A stretch of 64,000 bases of DNA. It comes from a virus. The stretch spans positions 45,151 through 109,150 of the IMG/VR virus record IMGVR_UViG_3300000976_000009; one strand, given 5' to 3'. This document shows positions 1 to 10,150 of the stretch, piece after piece. The translations under genes were made by a program, and so were the position numbers. The notes under the pieces are model-generated. The model saw nothing but the letters and a program-made list of their open reading frames with translations, was not told where the DNA came from and did no database searches. The stretch's first letter is position 1. Each line of letters opens with the position of its first letter.

Positions 1-341
1 CTACCTAGTTCAATATCAATGAAATCTTTTTTCAATTCCCAAGGACCACGAGCTTGTAATCCAACTTGCTTAGAATATGCATATGTATATTGGGTCATAA
101 AATCAAAATTTCTTACGGACATAGCGAATGCCATATCAGTTGTATCAACATTCTGACCTAATAATGATTGCCATTGATGTTCAATTAACCATTCTTGTAC
201 ATATTGGGCATAATCTTCTACGGCTATTTCCAAAAATGTACATAGCTGGTCATCATCCAATTCCACTTGTCTGTGTGGTGCACCCATAGAGTGTCTAAAC
301 TGTCTGAATATTTTTTCTTTTTCGTCTTCACTTACTGCCAT
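1..341 (-). CDS. Neck/head-tail adaptor protein, T4 gp13-like (partial, runs off left edge; not in ORF track)
   Basis: Manual translation from ATG at 341: MAVSEDEKEKIFRQFRHSMGAPHRQVELDDDQLCTFLEIAVEDYAQYVQEW... The GAP-x3-VELDDDQ start matches gp13-like neck proteins as I recall them. Confidence 0.7.
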   Translation of the reverse strand, partial: MAVSEDEKEKIFRQFRHSMGAPHRQVELDDDQLCTFLEIAVEDYAQYVQEWLIEHQWQSLLGQNVDTTDMAFAMSVRNFDFMTQYTYAYSKQVGLQARGPWELKKDFIDIELG

Positions 342-358
342 AGTTCTTTTCGTTTATT

Positions 359-370
359 ATAAATATTTAT
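359..370. promoter_or_regulatory. Palindromic bidirectional late-promoter candidate ATAAATATTTAT
   Basis: Perfect 12-bp palindrome giving TATTTAT on both strands between divergent genes (ATG 341 minus; ATG 373/376 plus). Confidence 0.5.
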
Positions 371-372
371 TA

Positions 373-657
373 ATGATGGAAACGAAGAAATTAATAAAAG
401 AAAAGCTTGAACTTCATAAAAGACAAACAGTTACTTATGAGATTATGAACAAGGCTGCGAACAACTTATTCAACGCATATAGAGAAATGGAAATGGCTAT
501 TCAATATTGTGATAACCCAGAAATTAGAGAACGCCTTGAATCAATAAAAGAATTATTAGGTAGGGGTGCAGATACCTCTGGTTCAATGGAAAACACTGAA
601 CCAACAATAATATCTCATTTACAAAAACTAATGGCAGATTACTCTAGTAAAGGATAA
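373..657 (+). CDS. Hypothetical protein with KKLIKE N-terminus (possible head-internal protein)
   Basis: 94-aa helical ORF directly after the TATTTAT motif; its stop abuts the glutaredoxin stop. Confidence 0.6.
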   Translation: MMETKKLIKEKLELHKRQTVTYEIMNKAANNLFNAYREMEMAIQYCDNPEIRERLESIKELLGRGADTSGSMENTEPTIISHLQKLMADYSSKG

Positions 658-927
658 TTACTCATTTTCATTTTTTTCAATATATTGGATTAGCTCAAAA
701 GCTTGTTCAATACTATTGAAGTTAATATCTGGTGCTAATAAGTGTTTACCAACAGTAATCATAGGTACAGAATCACTTCCAGATAATTCCATAAATTTTT
801 CAAATGTTGATTCATGTTCATCATCATAGATATTATGTTCACTGTATGTCATATCAGCATCATCTAATAAGCCCTTCAATTTAATACAGAAAGGGCATTC
901 TGGTATTGTATATATATTAATCTCCAT
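658..927 (-). CDS. Glutaredoxin/NrdH-like redoxin
   Basis: IYTIPECPFC (CxxC) and SVPMITVG (cis-Pro motif), 89 aa. Confidence 0.9.
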   Translation of the reverse strand: MEINIYTIPECPFCIKLKGLLDDADMTYSEHNIYDDEHESTFEKFMELSGSDSVPMITVGKHLLAPDINFNSIEQAFELIQYIEKNENE

Positions 928-2758
928 TTACATCAATTAATTCATCTATTATTCTTCTTTCTATTTCCTCTTCATCAAGGTCTTTTTCACCAATGATTGT
1001 AGAAATAACATCTTTCTTCTTTTTAAGGGTCCACCACATTTTTGTTGATATTGTATCTTTAAATAATTGATATTTAACAGTTACATGATTTTTTTGACCA
1101 ATACGGTATGCCCTATCTTCTGCTTGTTCATTATTACCTGGTACCCAATCAAATGAATTGAAAATAACATACTCAGCCGCAGTAAGGGTAATCCCCACAC
1201 CAGCAGACCTAATGTTACCAATAAATACTTTCACATTATCATTATTTTGGAAAGTATCAACACTATGTTGTTTTGCTACTGGGGACATCTTACCATTGTG
1301 TATTACACATTTATTACCAAAATGGTCAGCTAATTCATTTATTTCATCAGTAAAACTAGTAAAGATAATAACCTTTTGCCCTTGAGCTATAGCATTCTCA
1401 GCTTCTTCTATTGTGTAAGGGATTGCAGCCATAGCAATAAATTGTCTAAGAAGGATAAGTTCAACTAAATCCTTATCTGGTGTCCCCCTTTTTTTCTCTT
1501 TAGCTCGCTTAACCAAATACTCTTCCCAAAGGTCATCATATTGTCTCCATTGTTTTTTAGTTAGTTCTTGATAAACAGACCCAACTAATTTGTCTGGCAT
1601 ATCTAATACATCAACTTTCTTTCGCCTTAAAATAATATTACGGGTCTTAATTGATAATTCACCAAGATTTGATGCCCCATCAGTAAGCCATATTTGTCTT
1701 CTACGACCATTTTTAAGTGTTTTATAGAATCTTCTACCTTCACAGTACCTCTGTGCAAAGAATTTCCAGTTATCAGCTATTGGGGCTTTAATTAGCTTTA
1801 ATAGGTTGTAGAAATCCATAGGTCTATTTGCAATTGGGGTTCCTGTTAGTAGCCAAACTTTATCAATCTTATGTTTAACACAAAGGTCTACCATTATTTC
1901 TCCACGAATTGATTTGTGATTTTTAAGATAATGTGCTTCATCGATAATACATAAATCAAAATTAGAATTAACCATTTCACGATTGAATTCAATTATATGC
2001 CCATCATCATTTTTCTTACCATCACCAATTGTATGGAAATTTTTTAAGATATCATAATTGATTATTGTGAATTTACTTCTAGCCCATTTTCTACCATTGA
2101 CAATTGCAGTATCATCACAGAAATCATTAATTTCTCTTTCCCAGTTAATTTTAACTGCTGACGGACAAACTACTAAAATACGTTCAGCACCACTTTCTAA
2201 TGCAGCAATAATTGATTGATAGGTTTTACCAAGTCCCATATCATCAGCAAGTATACAACCATTCCTAGCTAATAAAAATTTAATACCTTCTTTTTGATGT
2301 TCATAGGGTACCCTACTTTTTTTATCTATTGTAACATATTTATCAAAATCTACATCAATATTTACCTCTTCAAAATATGGGTCATCCATAACTTGTGTTT
2401 TTGGTAACCAGTACATTTTTGATTTTGTTTGGTTTCTTTTTAACTTCCCATATATGTGGAATGTTTTTTCTGTATCGGCTAACATGAACTCAATTAGTAT
2501 CCTTTCTGGTGTGAAGGTTAAATCATGTTGTTTTTTAAGTTCTTCACCAAGATAATCACTAACATTAACAACCTTGTTAATTAGTTGTGGTTCTTTATCA
2601 TGGAAGTCTACAATATATCTTGATTGGTTTTCAGTTAATCTAATATTACTATTTTTCAAGTATTCTTTCTTCATTTTACGTAAATAAGGGTTCTTACCAT
2701 CATACGCTTTTAGAAGAGTAATTGCAGAGCGACTTTTAAGGTCATTCAAATCTATCAC
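917..2758 (-). CDS. SNF2/SWI2-family (HARP-like) helicase
   Basis: LADDMGLGKT, IIDEAH, LLTGTP, AGVGITLT and QAEDRAYRIGQ motifs; GTG start. Confidence 0.92.
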   Translation of the reverse strand: MIDLNDLKSRSAITLLKAYDGKNPYLRKMKKEYLKNSNIRLTENQSRYIVDFHDKEPQLINKVVNVSDYLGEELKKQHDLTFTPERILIEFMLADTEKTFHIYGKLKRNQTKSKMYWLPKTQVMDDPYFEEVNIDVDFDKYVTIDKKSRVPYEHQKEGIKFLLARNGCILADDMGLGKTYQSIIAALESGAERILVVCPSAVKINWEREINDFCDDTAIVNGRKWARSKFTIINYDILKNFHTIGDGKKNDDGHIIEFNREMVNSNFDLCIIDEAHYLKNHKSIRGEIMVDLCVKHKIDKVWLLTGTPIANRPMDFYNLLKLIKAPIADNWKFFAQRYCEGRRFYKTLKNGRRRQIWLTDGASNLGELSIKTRNIILRRKKVDVLDMPDKLVGSVYQELTKKQWRQYDDLWEEYLVKRAKEKKRGTPDKDLVELILLRQFIAMAAIPYTIEEAENAIAQGQKVIIFTSFTDEINELADHFGNKCVIHNGKMSPVAKQHSVDTFQNNDNVKVFIGNIRSAGVGITLTAAEYVIFNSFDWVPGNNEQAEDRAYRIGQKNHVTVKYQLFKDTISTKMWWTLKKKKDVISTIIGEKDLDEEEIERRIIDELIDVNGD

Positions 2759-2794
2759 AATTTGTTGGTTTTTCTTCTTTTTATTATTTAATTA

Positions 2795-2823
2795 ATTATA
2801 ATCATTTTTGTTGAAAAAATCAA
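2795..2823 (-). promoter_or_regulatory. Early promoter candidate TTGATT-N17-TATAAT for the helicase-glutaredoxin operon
   Basis: Minus strand reads TTGATT (2823-2818), 17 nt, TATAAT (2800-2795). Confidence 0.55.
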
Positions 2824-2871
2824 TAGTTACGCACTATTTATCTTATAGTAAATATTTATCTAAAAAAACAT

Positions 2872-3396
2872 ATGTCAGAACAAAGAAAAATACCAATCAC
2901 TAGAATTAACAAATTTTTTGGTCATGAAGATTTCAGACTTGAAGTCGAAATGGGTCGAGAAGCAATTGAAGGCGATGGAAATTTTGTAGTAATACTTTAC
3001 AGGGTTGACAGAGAAGCAACTGCGGCTGATGATGTATATAGTGAAGCTGGGAAAGATGATATTAGATATTTCCCACCAATTGAATTAAGGGTGATACCAA
3101 TTATGAGTACACCTGTGAATAAAGCCTATAACCAAAATGCTGGTTCATTAAGGTATCTGGAAGATGGTCAATTAACATTTGGTATCTATGAAGAACAACT
3201 ATCTGAATTGAATACTGATATTGGTTTTGGTGATTACATTGGGTTTCCTGTTACGGAAACTGAGATTAGGTATTTCTCTGTTGTTAATGACGGTAGAAAA
3301 AACTATGATAACGCACACACAATTATGGGTTATAGGGGAGCATTTAGAACGGTTTTATGTGCACCAACAGACCCAAGTGAATTTAGAGGATTATAA
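2872..3396 (+). CDS. Neck/head-closure protein, T4 gp14-like
   Basis: VILYRVD...DDVYSEA...F.PPIE pattern; lies directly upstream of the gp15-like gene. Confidence 0.6.
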   Translation: MSEQRKIPITRINKFFGHEDFRLEVEMGREAIEGDGNFVVILYRVDREATAADDVYSEAGKDDIRYFPPIELRVIPIMSTPVNKAYNQNAGSLRYLEDGQLTFGIYEEQLSELNTDIGFGDYIGFPVTETEIRYFSVVNDGRKNYDNAHTIMGYRGAFRTVLCAPTDPSEFRGL

Positions 3397-3398
3397 TT

Positions 3399-4436
3399 AT
3401 GCCATTACCAAAAGGATTTATAAAAAATATTAAACTTAAAAGACCAAAGATTGGTCCAGAGAGAAGACAAGAAATGTTGGATGAGATTGATAACCAAGGT
3501 ACGTTTCTTCCAAGAGGTGTAGGTTATGAGGATATGGATAAAGCTTTCATTGATTCAATCAATAATGATTTCCATATTACTATAGATGGTGAAAAAGTCC
3601 CAGTTATATTCCTTACAATTCAAAGGTGGGCTGAGTTCTCTAAAACTTGGCAACATTCGGATGAGTTTAAAGATATTAAATTACCATTCATAACTATAGT
3701 AAGGAGACCAGATGTACAAGTTGGTACTAATCAAGCTGGAAATTGGAATATACCACAAGGTCATAGGTCATATACATATGTGAAAGTACCAACATGGGAA
3801 AATGGTAGAAAAGGTGTTGATTTATATAAAATACCGCAACCAACTTCTGTTGATGTAACATATGAGGTTAGATTATTCTGTAATAGAATGAGAGACCTAA
3901 ATAAATTACATAAAGTTGTTCAAGAAACATTTAATGCTAGACAACATTATGTTTCACCTAATGGACACCCAATGCCAATTCATTTAGAATCTGTTGGGGA
4001 TGAAAGTCCTATTGATGATTTTGAAAATAGAAGATTTTATGTTCAATTATTTGAAATGAAATTACTTGGTTATTTATTGTGTGAAGATAAATTTGAAGTT
4101 GTACCAACAGTTAATAGAGCATTGGTCGTTACTGAGATTATGGAAAATACACCTAAACCTAGAATTAAACTTACAACTGATAAGGAAGCTAATTTATTAA
4201 ATTATAGTTTTATTTTCAAACCTAGGTCGGAAAGTCATGTTACGTTTAAAGCTGATTATGATATTAAATTCACAGAAATTAATAACCAAATTGATATAAC
4301 AAGTATGATTATTGAAGTAAATGGAACTAGAGTTAATACACCATTTGTAGTTACAGCTGGTGACACTATATTTATTGATATAGGGAAGGACTTTTTTAAA
4401 ACTGGTAGTTTCTTATTAACTGGAAATTTAATATAA
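3399..4436 (+). CDS. Tail terminator/sheath stabiliser, T4 gp15-like
   Basis: QRWAEF...LPFITIVRR and PTSVDVTYEVRLF motifs; synteny with the neck genes. Confidence 0.6.
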   Translation: MPLPKGFIKNIKLKRPKIGPERRQEMLDEIDNQGTFLPRGVGYEDMDKAFIDSINNDFHITIDGEKVPVIFLTIQRWAEFSKTWQHSDEFKDIKLPFITIVRRPDVQVGTNQAGNWNIPQGHRSYTYVKVPTWENGRKGVDLYKIPQPTSVDVTYEVRLFCNRMRDLNKLHKVVQETFNARQHYVSPNGHPMPIHLESVGDESPIDDFENRRFYVQLFEMKLLGYLLCEDKFEVVPTVNRALVVTEIMENTPKPRIKLTTDKEANLLNYSFIFKPRSESHVTFKADYDIKFTEINNQIDITSMIIEVNGTRVNTPFVVTAGDTIFIDIGKDFFKTGSFLLTGNLI

Positions 4437-4437
4437 A

Positions 4438-4836
4438 ATGAGCTGTACTAATAACACATCAAATATTAATAAGACGTTCATAATTGAACCTCAATCTGTA
4501 ACAGGTGATACACCAACGTTAACAGCTTGTACTGCAATATACACTAATGAAGTTGTTAGTTGTAGTGGTGATACTACAATATCATTAACTGATGGGGCTA
4601 CAATATTTAATACTGACATAGTACCACTTGATGACGACAATATATCGCTTGGTCAAATTGGTAAAAGATTTAGAAATATAAATTCAATTAGTGGTTCAAC
4701 GTCAGTTTGGGTAGCAACCACTCGTATTGAAACACCAGAAATACGATTAGGTATTGATTCATCTGGTAATACACGAACAATAACCGCAAATAATTCAATT
4801 ATTCAAGATGATTGCTTATTTGGTGGAACTTATTAA
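4438..4836 (+). CDS. Small virion/fibre-associated protein
   Basis: S/T/G-rich 132 aa ending LFGGTY, the same terminus type as the next ORF. Confidence 0.55.
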   Translation: MSCTNNTSNINKTFIIEPQSVTGDTPTLTACTAIYTNEVVSCSGDTTISLTDGATIFNTDIVPLDDDNISLGQIGKRFRNINSISGSTSVWVATTRIETPEIRLGIDSSGNTRTITANNSIIQDDCLFGGTY

Positions 4837-4870
4837 TATTAAATAATATTTATATAAAAAGAATTTAAAA

Positions 4871-6337
4871 ATGGCAATAAGAAAAACACAATTTATAACT
4901 AAGAATAGTGATATTGTAAATAGACCGTTACCCTCATCATTAAAAGCTGGTGAAGCAATTGTAAACACAGCTGATGGTATTGTATGGTATTCTGGTGTTA
5001 CATCATCTACAAATGAATGGACACCAGCTGGAACTGGAGCTACAGCAAATTATTTTGAAGTTGGTTCAAATCTTTATGATTTACAATTAAGAAATCAAAT
5101 AACATCATATCAAGATATTAATGGTGCTGGTTTAGTTGGTAAATTTCTATCTGGTACAACTAGTGGATTTGTATTAGCTGATATCACTGATATTGCTGAT
5201 TCTACTGATTCATTTGTTACTGGTGGTACTTATAATCCATCAACTGATGAAATTACTTTAGACCTTAGTTTGGGTAGACCATCGGTTACAATTACTGGAA
5301 TCACAGATACGTTTGTAACAGGGGTTACTTGGAGTCCTAATACTTTAACTATAAATAGTGATGATGGTTCTAGTGTGACAACTACAATTGACACATTTGA
5401 TGATTTAACCGTTACTAATGGTTTAAATGCACTAGGTGGAATTACTGCAACAACAATTGATTCAACTAGTATTAACTCAAGTAGTATTTTAAGTGGTGGT
5501 ACCGATTTAATCACAATAATTGATGATAGGGATAATTATACTACTGGTGCGACATTATTTGGTTCTACATTATATTTTAACACTATTGATTCATTAAGTG
5601 CTTATACCGCAGATTTATCATCATTAGATATTAATGATACATTTGTTACTGGTGTAACATATTCTAATAGTTTATTAACAGTTAGTAGAAATGAGGGTCA
5701 ACCAGATATAACAACAGTAATTGATACAGTTAGTGGTTTAACAATTAGTAATTTAACAGCTGGTAGAGTTGTTTATGTAGGTGCTGGTGGTGAATTAGTT
5801 GATGAAGCTGGATTTGAATATAATGATACCACAGATACTTTACTAGCTGGAAACATTAATACATCTGCGGCTGGAACAGCATTTGTTGGTACAGGTGGTT
5901 TAACTGTTGGTTCTGGTGGGTCTGTTAATACTTCTGGTACAGGTGATGTTGTTATTCATGGTAATTTAACGGTATTTGGTGATGCAATTACTGCATCAAC
6001 AAGTGAGCTTTATATTGAAGATAACAATATTATTCTTAATTTTAATCCAACTACAGATACATCACCTAGTTCAGTTGGTGCTGGTTTAACTATACAGGAT
6101 GGTAATGGTATTGCATCTGGTAATGTAACATTAGATGTTAGGGCTATGAATGGTTTTACTGGTTTAACTGCAACTGATATTCCAGATATAACTGAATATA
6201 CTGGACCAACAGGTTATGAAAATAGAGCGTGGGTTACACAATTAAATGATATCGTTATCAGAAGTTCAGATACTAACACACCAAATGGGGTTAGAGTTCT
6301 AGCTGAATTTGATTGTTTAGATGGTGGTACCTATTAA
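4871..6337 (+). CDS. Fibre/whisker-like protein with Mtd-N/hyaluronidase-like N-terminus
   Basis: N-terminal P.SL..GE..VNTADG; four D-x-[FY]-[VT]-TG-x-T repeats; T/S/G-rich; ends LDGGTY. Confidence 0.55.
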   Translation: MAIRKTQFITKNSDIVNRPLPSSLKAGEAIVNTADGIVWYSGVTSSTNEWTPAGTGATANYFEVGSNLYDLQLRNQITSYQDINGAGLVGKFLSGTTSGFVLADITDIADSTDSFVTGGTYNPSTDEITLDLSLGRPSVTITGITDTFVTGVTWSPNTLTINSDDGSSVTTTIDTFDDLTVTNGLNALGGITATTIDSTSINSSSILSGGTDLITIIDDRDNYTTGATLFGSTLYFNTIDSLSAYTADLSSLDINDTFVTGVTYSNSLLTVSRNEGQPDITTVIDTVSGLTISNLTAGRVVYVGAGGELVDEAGFEYNDTTDTLLAGNINTSAAGTAFVGTGGLTVGSGGSVNTSGTGDVVIHGNLTVFGDAITASTSELYIEDNNIILNFNPTTDTSPSSVGAGLTIQDGNGIASGNVTLDVRAMNGFTGLTATDIPDITEYTGPTGYENRAWVTQLNDIVIRSSDTNTPNGVRVLAEFDCLDGGTY

Positions 6338-6360
6338 ATTAAAAATATTTTTAAATAAAA

Positions 6361-6400
6361 ATAAATATCCCCAATCTTTAATTAGGCTGGGGATATTTAT
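6361..6400 (+). terminator. Hairpin ATAAATATCCCCA...TGGGGATATTTAT; 3' arm contains the TATTTAT motif
   Basis: 13-bp perfect outer stem followed by TTT. Confidence 0.6.
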
Positions 6401-6467
6401 TTTAAAATGGTTATATAACCATATACAATAAGTTCTATATAGAATAAAAATTAAAATAGTCATAAAT

Positions 6468-7292
6468 ATGGCAGAAAGACAAATTAAACAACTTTTTAAG
6501 CGTTCTAATGTTGCTGGTAAAGTACCAAGTAGTGGTGATTTACTTTTGGGAGAAATAGCTTTAAATACCGCAGATGTTATTATGTATGCATCTGGAACAA
6601 CAACAAATGAGATATTACCAATTGGTTGGGATAGAATTAGTAGAACTGGTGATACAATGACTGGTTTATTAGTTTCACCATCTTTTTCAGCAACAACATA
6701 TTCTGGTGGAACATACTTTGGTGATGGTTCTAACTTAACTGGAATTAACGATTTTTATGTTACAGGTGGAACATACGTACAATCAGCGAGTACAATTACT
6801 TTAACTAGAAATGATAATGTTGATATTCAAATTACTGGTATTACTAGTAATATAGATAGACAAATTTTAGATATTTATCAAGTAGGTACAACCACCACCA
6901 CTGGTGCGGCATATTCAGATATTACTTGGGATACTGTCGTAATCAATGATTCTGATTATACACAAACTGGTGCTGAAATAACTTTTAATAGTACTGGATA
7001 TTATGAAGTGACTTATAGTATTTCAGCTGATGTTAATAGTGGTGGTAGAAAAACTAGTAGGGCTAGATTAGTATTAGATACTGGTGGTGGTTTTAATGAA
7101 ATAATTAGGAGTGGTTCACACGGATACCATAGAAGTGGTGCCCAAGGGGATGGTTCATTAAATAAAACTATTAGACAATTATTTAATACAGGTGATATTA
7201 TTAAAACACAATTATCTAGATTAACTGGTGGTGGTACATTAGTAACTATTAGTAATGATTCTAATATAACAATAAATAAAATTTCATCATAA
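6468..7292 (+). CDS. Short fibre protein: Mtd-N-like N-terminus plus C1q/BclA-like C-terminal head
   Basis: KRSNVAGKVP...GEIALNTAD start; C-terminal ITWDT...ITFNSTGYYEVTYSI...LFNTGDII beta-sandwich pattern. Confidence 0.55.
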   Translation: MAERQIKQLFKRSNVAGKVPSSGDLLLGEIALNTADVIMYASGTTTNEILPIGWDRISRTGDTMTGLLVSPSFSATTYSGGTYFGDGSNLTGINDFYVTGGTYVQSASTITLTRNDNVDIQITGITSNIDRQILDIYQVGTTTTTGAAYSDITWDTVVINDSDYTQTGAEITFNSTGYYEVTYSISADVNSGGRKTSRARLVLDTGGGFNEIIRSGSHGYHRSGAQGDGSLNKTIRQLFNTGDIIKTQLSRLTGGGTLVTISNDSNITINKISS

Positions 7293-8908
7293 TGGGTATT
7301 ATATTAAGTGCAAATACAAATCAATTTATTAATGATTTAATATTACCAAGTGGTACAACATTTAGTGCTGGTACTACAGAATTAATCGCCCCAGATGGTC
7401 CATTCACAATTGAAGATATAAGGGCATCAGTTGAATTACAAAATAAGATAGATAGTGGTGATATTGTTTTATCAGTAAATGGGGAAATAATTTTAAATAA
7501 TTCAACAATTGGTATAAATAGTATACCGACATTTGGTACCACAATTAGTGGTGGGACACCTAGTTCAATAATTAATAATCAAAATTTTTATAGAACAACA
7601 AATAATTTACAAACAAATATTAATTCTTCAACAGCTTGGAACCCTGTTAATTTTAAAACAATACCAACAATTAATAGTGACACGAATATTTTTGAGGGGG
7701 TGACTAATGGTGTTTTACTAAAAAAGGATTTAACATATAAAATTAGTTCTAATGTGTTTTATACCGCAACATCAGCTAGGGTTAATAACCCAATAAGTAT
7801 TGCATTAGATGGTGTAGTTCAAGATATTGAAGGAGCCAGTGGATATGTTAGAAATGCTAGTGGACATAATACGGCATCAGTACATGTGTCAGATATTTTT
7901 GAATTAAGTGCTGGTACTGTTGTAACTATTGTTAGTAGACGAGAAGGGGCTGCTGGTACATCAACACATACACTAGATAAAAGTAATTTAGTTATTGAAT
8001 GTTTTGATAGTACAAGTGGTGAAACTGCTTTCTTTCCTAAACCAATAATTACCGAAGTTAGAGGTGGTACAATTAGTTCTGGAACGACACAAACAATTAC
8101 CCTAAATGGTGGTTATATAACAGAAACAACAACAATTTCAGTACCATCAACAACTGTTGGTAATGTAGTGGTTATTGATGATGACTCATTAACTTTCGAC
8201 ATAAGTGGAACAACATTAGGTTTTTTCGATATAATAGTAACATCAGAAGGTGGTACAACCACAATTACTAATGGTATTGAAGTGGTGAATAATACATGGA
8301 TTGATTTATCAAGTTCGGGACCATCATTTACCAATGGTAATGGTGCTGGGAATGATATTAGGTACCAATCAAGTATGGGGATTGTTAGAGATGCAAATGG
8401 TATGAATTTTACTGGTGCCAACCCTTGGACTTCGTGGGTTAAATTTGAAATATATCCTTGGACTAGGGGTGATAACAGAACATTAGAATGGATTTTAACC
8501 CCCCCGACTGCTGCAATGATGATTGGGATAGGTTCTGATGCAACTAATGAAACATCAACAGCACAGTATGCACAAGCTGAATGTGAAGCATATATTAATA
8601 GTACCACTAATTTTTGGGGATTGTATGGTAATAATGGTACTATTGGTAGTGCTGGTAATCAAAATGTTAATACCAGTATTGCTGGGTGGGCTGCAATAAA
8701 GGTTAAATTCGAAGGTGATGGCTCACAAGGTGAGTTATTCACATTATATGGTTTAAATACCACTGGTTTAGGTGATTGGAACGATGAAAGTAATGTATTA
8801 GCCACTTTTACTGTTGGTGGGACTTTAAATCCAGATGAAAGTAATTTATTTCCATTTATCATACCTAGAGATAGTACACAAAGAATAATAGCAATGAGAT
8901 TAATTTAA
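7292..8908 (+). CDS. Putative adhesin/fibre-tip protein (C1q-like plus IPT/TIG-like Ig domain plus beta-rich C-terminus)
   Basis: PIITEV...TITLNG...FDIIVTSEGG Ig-like segment; start overlaps the upstream stop (TAATG). Confidence 0.45.
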   Translation: MGIILSANTNQFINDLILPSGTTFSAGTTELIAPDGPFTIEDIRASVELQNKIDSGDIVLSVNGEIILNNSTIGINSIPTFGTTISGGTPSSIINNQNFYRTTNNLQTNINSSTAWNPVNFKTIPTINSDTNIFEGVTNGVLLKKDLTYKISSNVFYTATSARVNNPISIALDGVVQDIEGASGYVRNASGHNTASVHVSDIFELSAGTVVTIVSRREGAAGTSTHTLDKSNLVIECFDSTSGETAFFPKPIITEVRGGTISSGTTQTITLNGGYITETTTISVPSTTVGNVVVIDDDSLTFDISGTTLGFFDIIVTSEGGTTTITNGIEVVNNTWIDLSSSGPSFTNGNGAGNDIRYQSSMGIVRDANGMNFTGANPWTSWVKFEIYPWTRGDNRTLEWILTPPTAAMMIGIGSDATNETSTAQYAQAECEAYINSTTNFWGLYGNNGTIGSAGNQNVNTSIAGWAAIKVKFEGDGSQGELFTLYGLNTTGLGDWNDESNVLATFTVGGTLNPDESNLFPFIIPRDSTQRIIAMRLI

Positions 8909-8912
8909 AAAA

Positions 8913-9632
8913 ATGGAACTAAAAAAAGAAACTTATAATGATATCACCACAAATAGTGAATTGAGAATATATGATTATTTATTAACCCATGTAAATTCTG
9001 ATGATATTGTAATTGAACATATGGATTACACGACAATGGGGATTAAATCATTATCACCTAAATACAAAAATGGTGGTGTTAAATGGTATTGTGATTATGT
9101 TATGGATGACTCAGATGATAATATTGTTATTAGAAAAGAATTTGAATATGTGGATAATGGTGCTTGGATAAAGCATACATGGTTTAAACACGATGGTACT
9201 ATTGGTATATATAAAACTGAATTTAAGCCATTAAACCCAATTGAAATAGGTAAGATAAAGAAAAATAATCGAGAACGTGCAATCAATTTTCTAATGGTTA
9301 ATGGTGACCAAATGAGGGCAACAGCTGATTCATTAATTTTAGATATGTTTTCATCTGAGGCTGAATTGAATTTTTTCAAAAATGTTTACATTGATATCGC
9401 TGATAGTATTGACATTCTTTTAAATTTTTTCAAATATGAAATTGATGTTTTTATTTTAAGGGGTTCAACAATATTTTATGATAAAATAAATGATATTATT
9501 GATGGTACAATTGTTAATTCTGATATACAAACTAGATTATTAAAATATGTTGAATCAGCACCATCAGCAGAGTACCCAACAGTTAAAAGGGTTAAAGACT
9601 CTATCTTTGAACAAATAACAGATAATTATTAA
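8913..9632 (+). CDS. Hypothetical protein
   Basis: 239-aa ORF tightly packed in the operon; no recognised motif. Confidence 0.7.
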   Translation: MELKKETYNDITTNSELRIYDYLLTHVNSDDIVIEHMDYTTMGIKSLSPKYKNGGVKWYCDYVMDDSDDNIVIRKEFEYVDNGAWIKHTWFKHDGTIGIYKTEFKPLNPIEIGKIKKNNRERAINFLMVNGDQMRATADSLILDMFSSEAELNFFKNVYIDIADSIDILLNFFKYEIDVFILRGSTIFYDKINDIIDGTIVNSDIQTRLLKYVESAPSAEYPTVKRVKDSIFEQITDNY

Positions 9633-9658
9633 TATAACATCTAACTAACTATTATACT

Positions 9659-10150
9659 ATGAAAGAATTGATTACAGGAATTGTAACATTAATAGGTTCA
9701 TTACTAACATTTACATTGGTGATTATAATTGGCTTATTATATGCGCTATTCCACTCAATAATATTACCGATACAAACTAAAAATTATAAAGATTTTTTTA
9801 GAGTGTGGTGGAAATTAATTGATGGTACACTAGCAACGATTGGTAATATGTTCAAAGACATTGCAATATCTTATGATGAATTAGGTAATGTTTATGGTGA
9901 GTGGGTTGAGGATTCAATTACAATGGAAGATGATACACCATTAGGTGATAAGAACACAACAATATCCGCATCTATTGGTTATTTGGAACATGAGAATAAA
10001 CATATGTTCAATAGGGGTAAAAAATTAAGTAAAATTTTAAATATTGTGTTCAGACAAAAAAAACATGCTCTTGGGTCTTGGTTGACTAAAATAGCCAAAG
10101 AAGCCATAGATGCTGAGAATTATTACGAATCAATTAATAAGAAGAAATAA
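9659..10150 (+). CDS. Membrane protein (N-terminal TM helix)
   Basis: Hydrophobic residues ~5-36; DELGNV...TISASIG segment; translationally coupled to the patatin. Confidence 0.65.
   Translation: MKELITGIVTLIGSLLTFTLVIIIGLLYALFHSIILPIQTKNYKDFFRVWWKLIDGTLATIGNMFKDIAISYDELGNVYGEWVEDSITMEDDTPLGDKNTTISASIGYLEHENKHMFNRGKKLSKILNIVFRQKKHALGSWLTKIAKEAIDAENYYESINKKK

Noticed and set aside
4871-7292. Diversity-generating retroelement suggested by Mtd-N-like domains
   Set aside because: No reverse transcriptase and no TR/VR repeat pair seen in the window.
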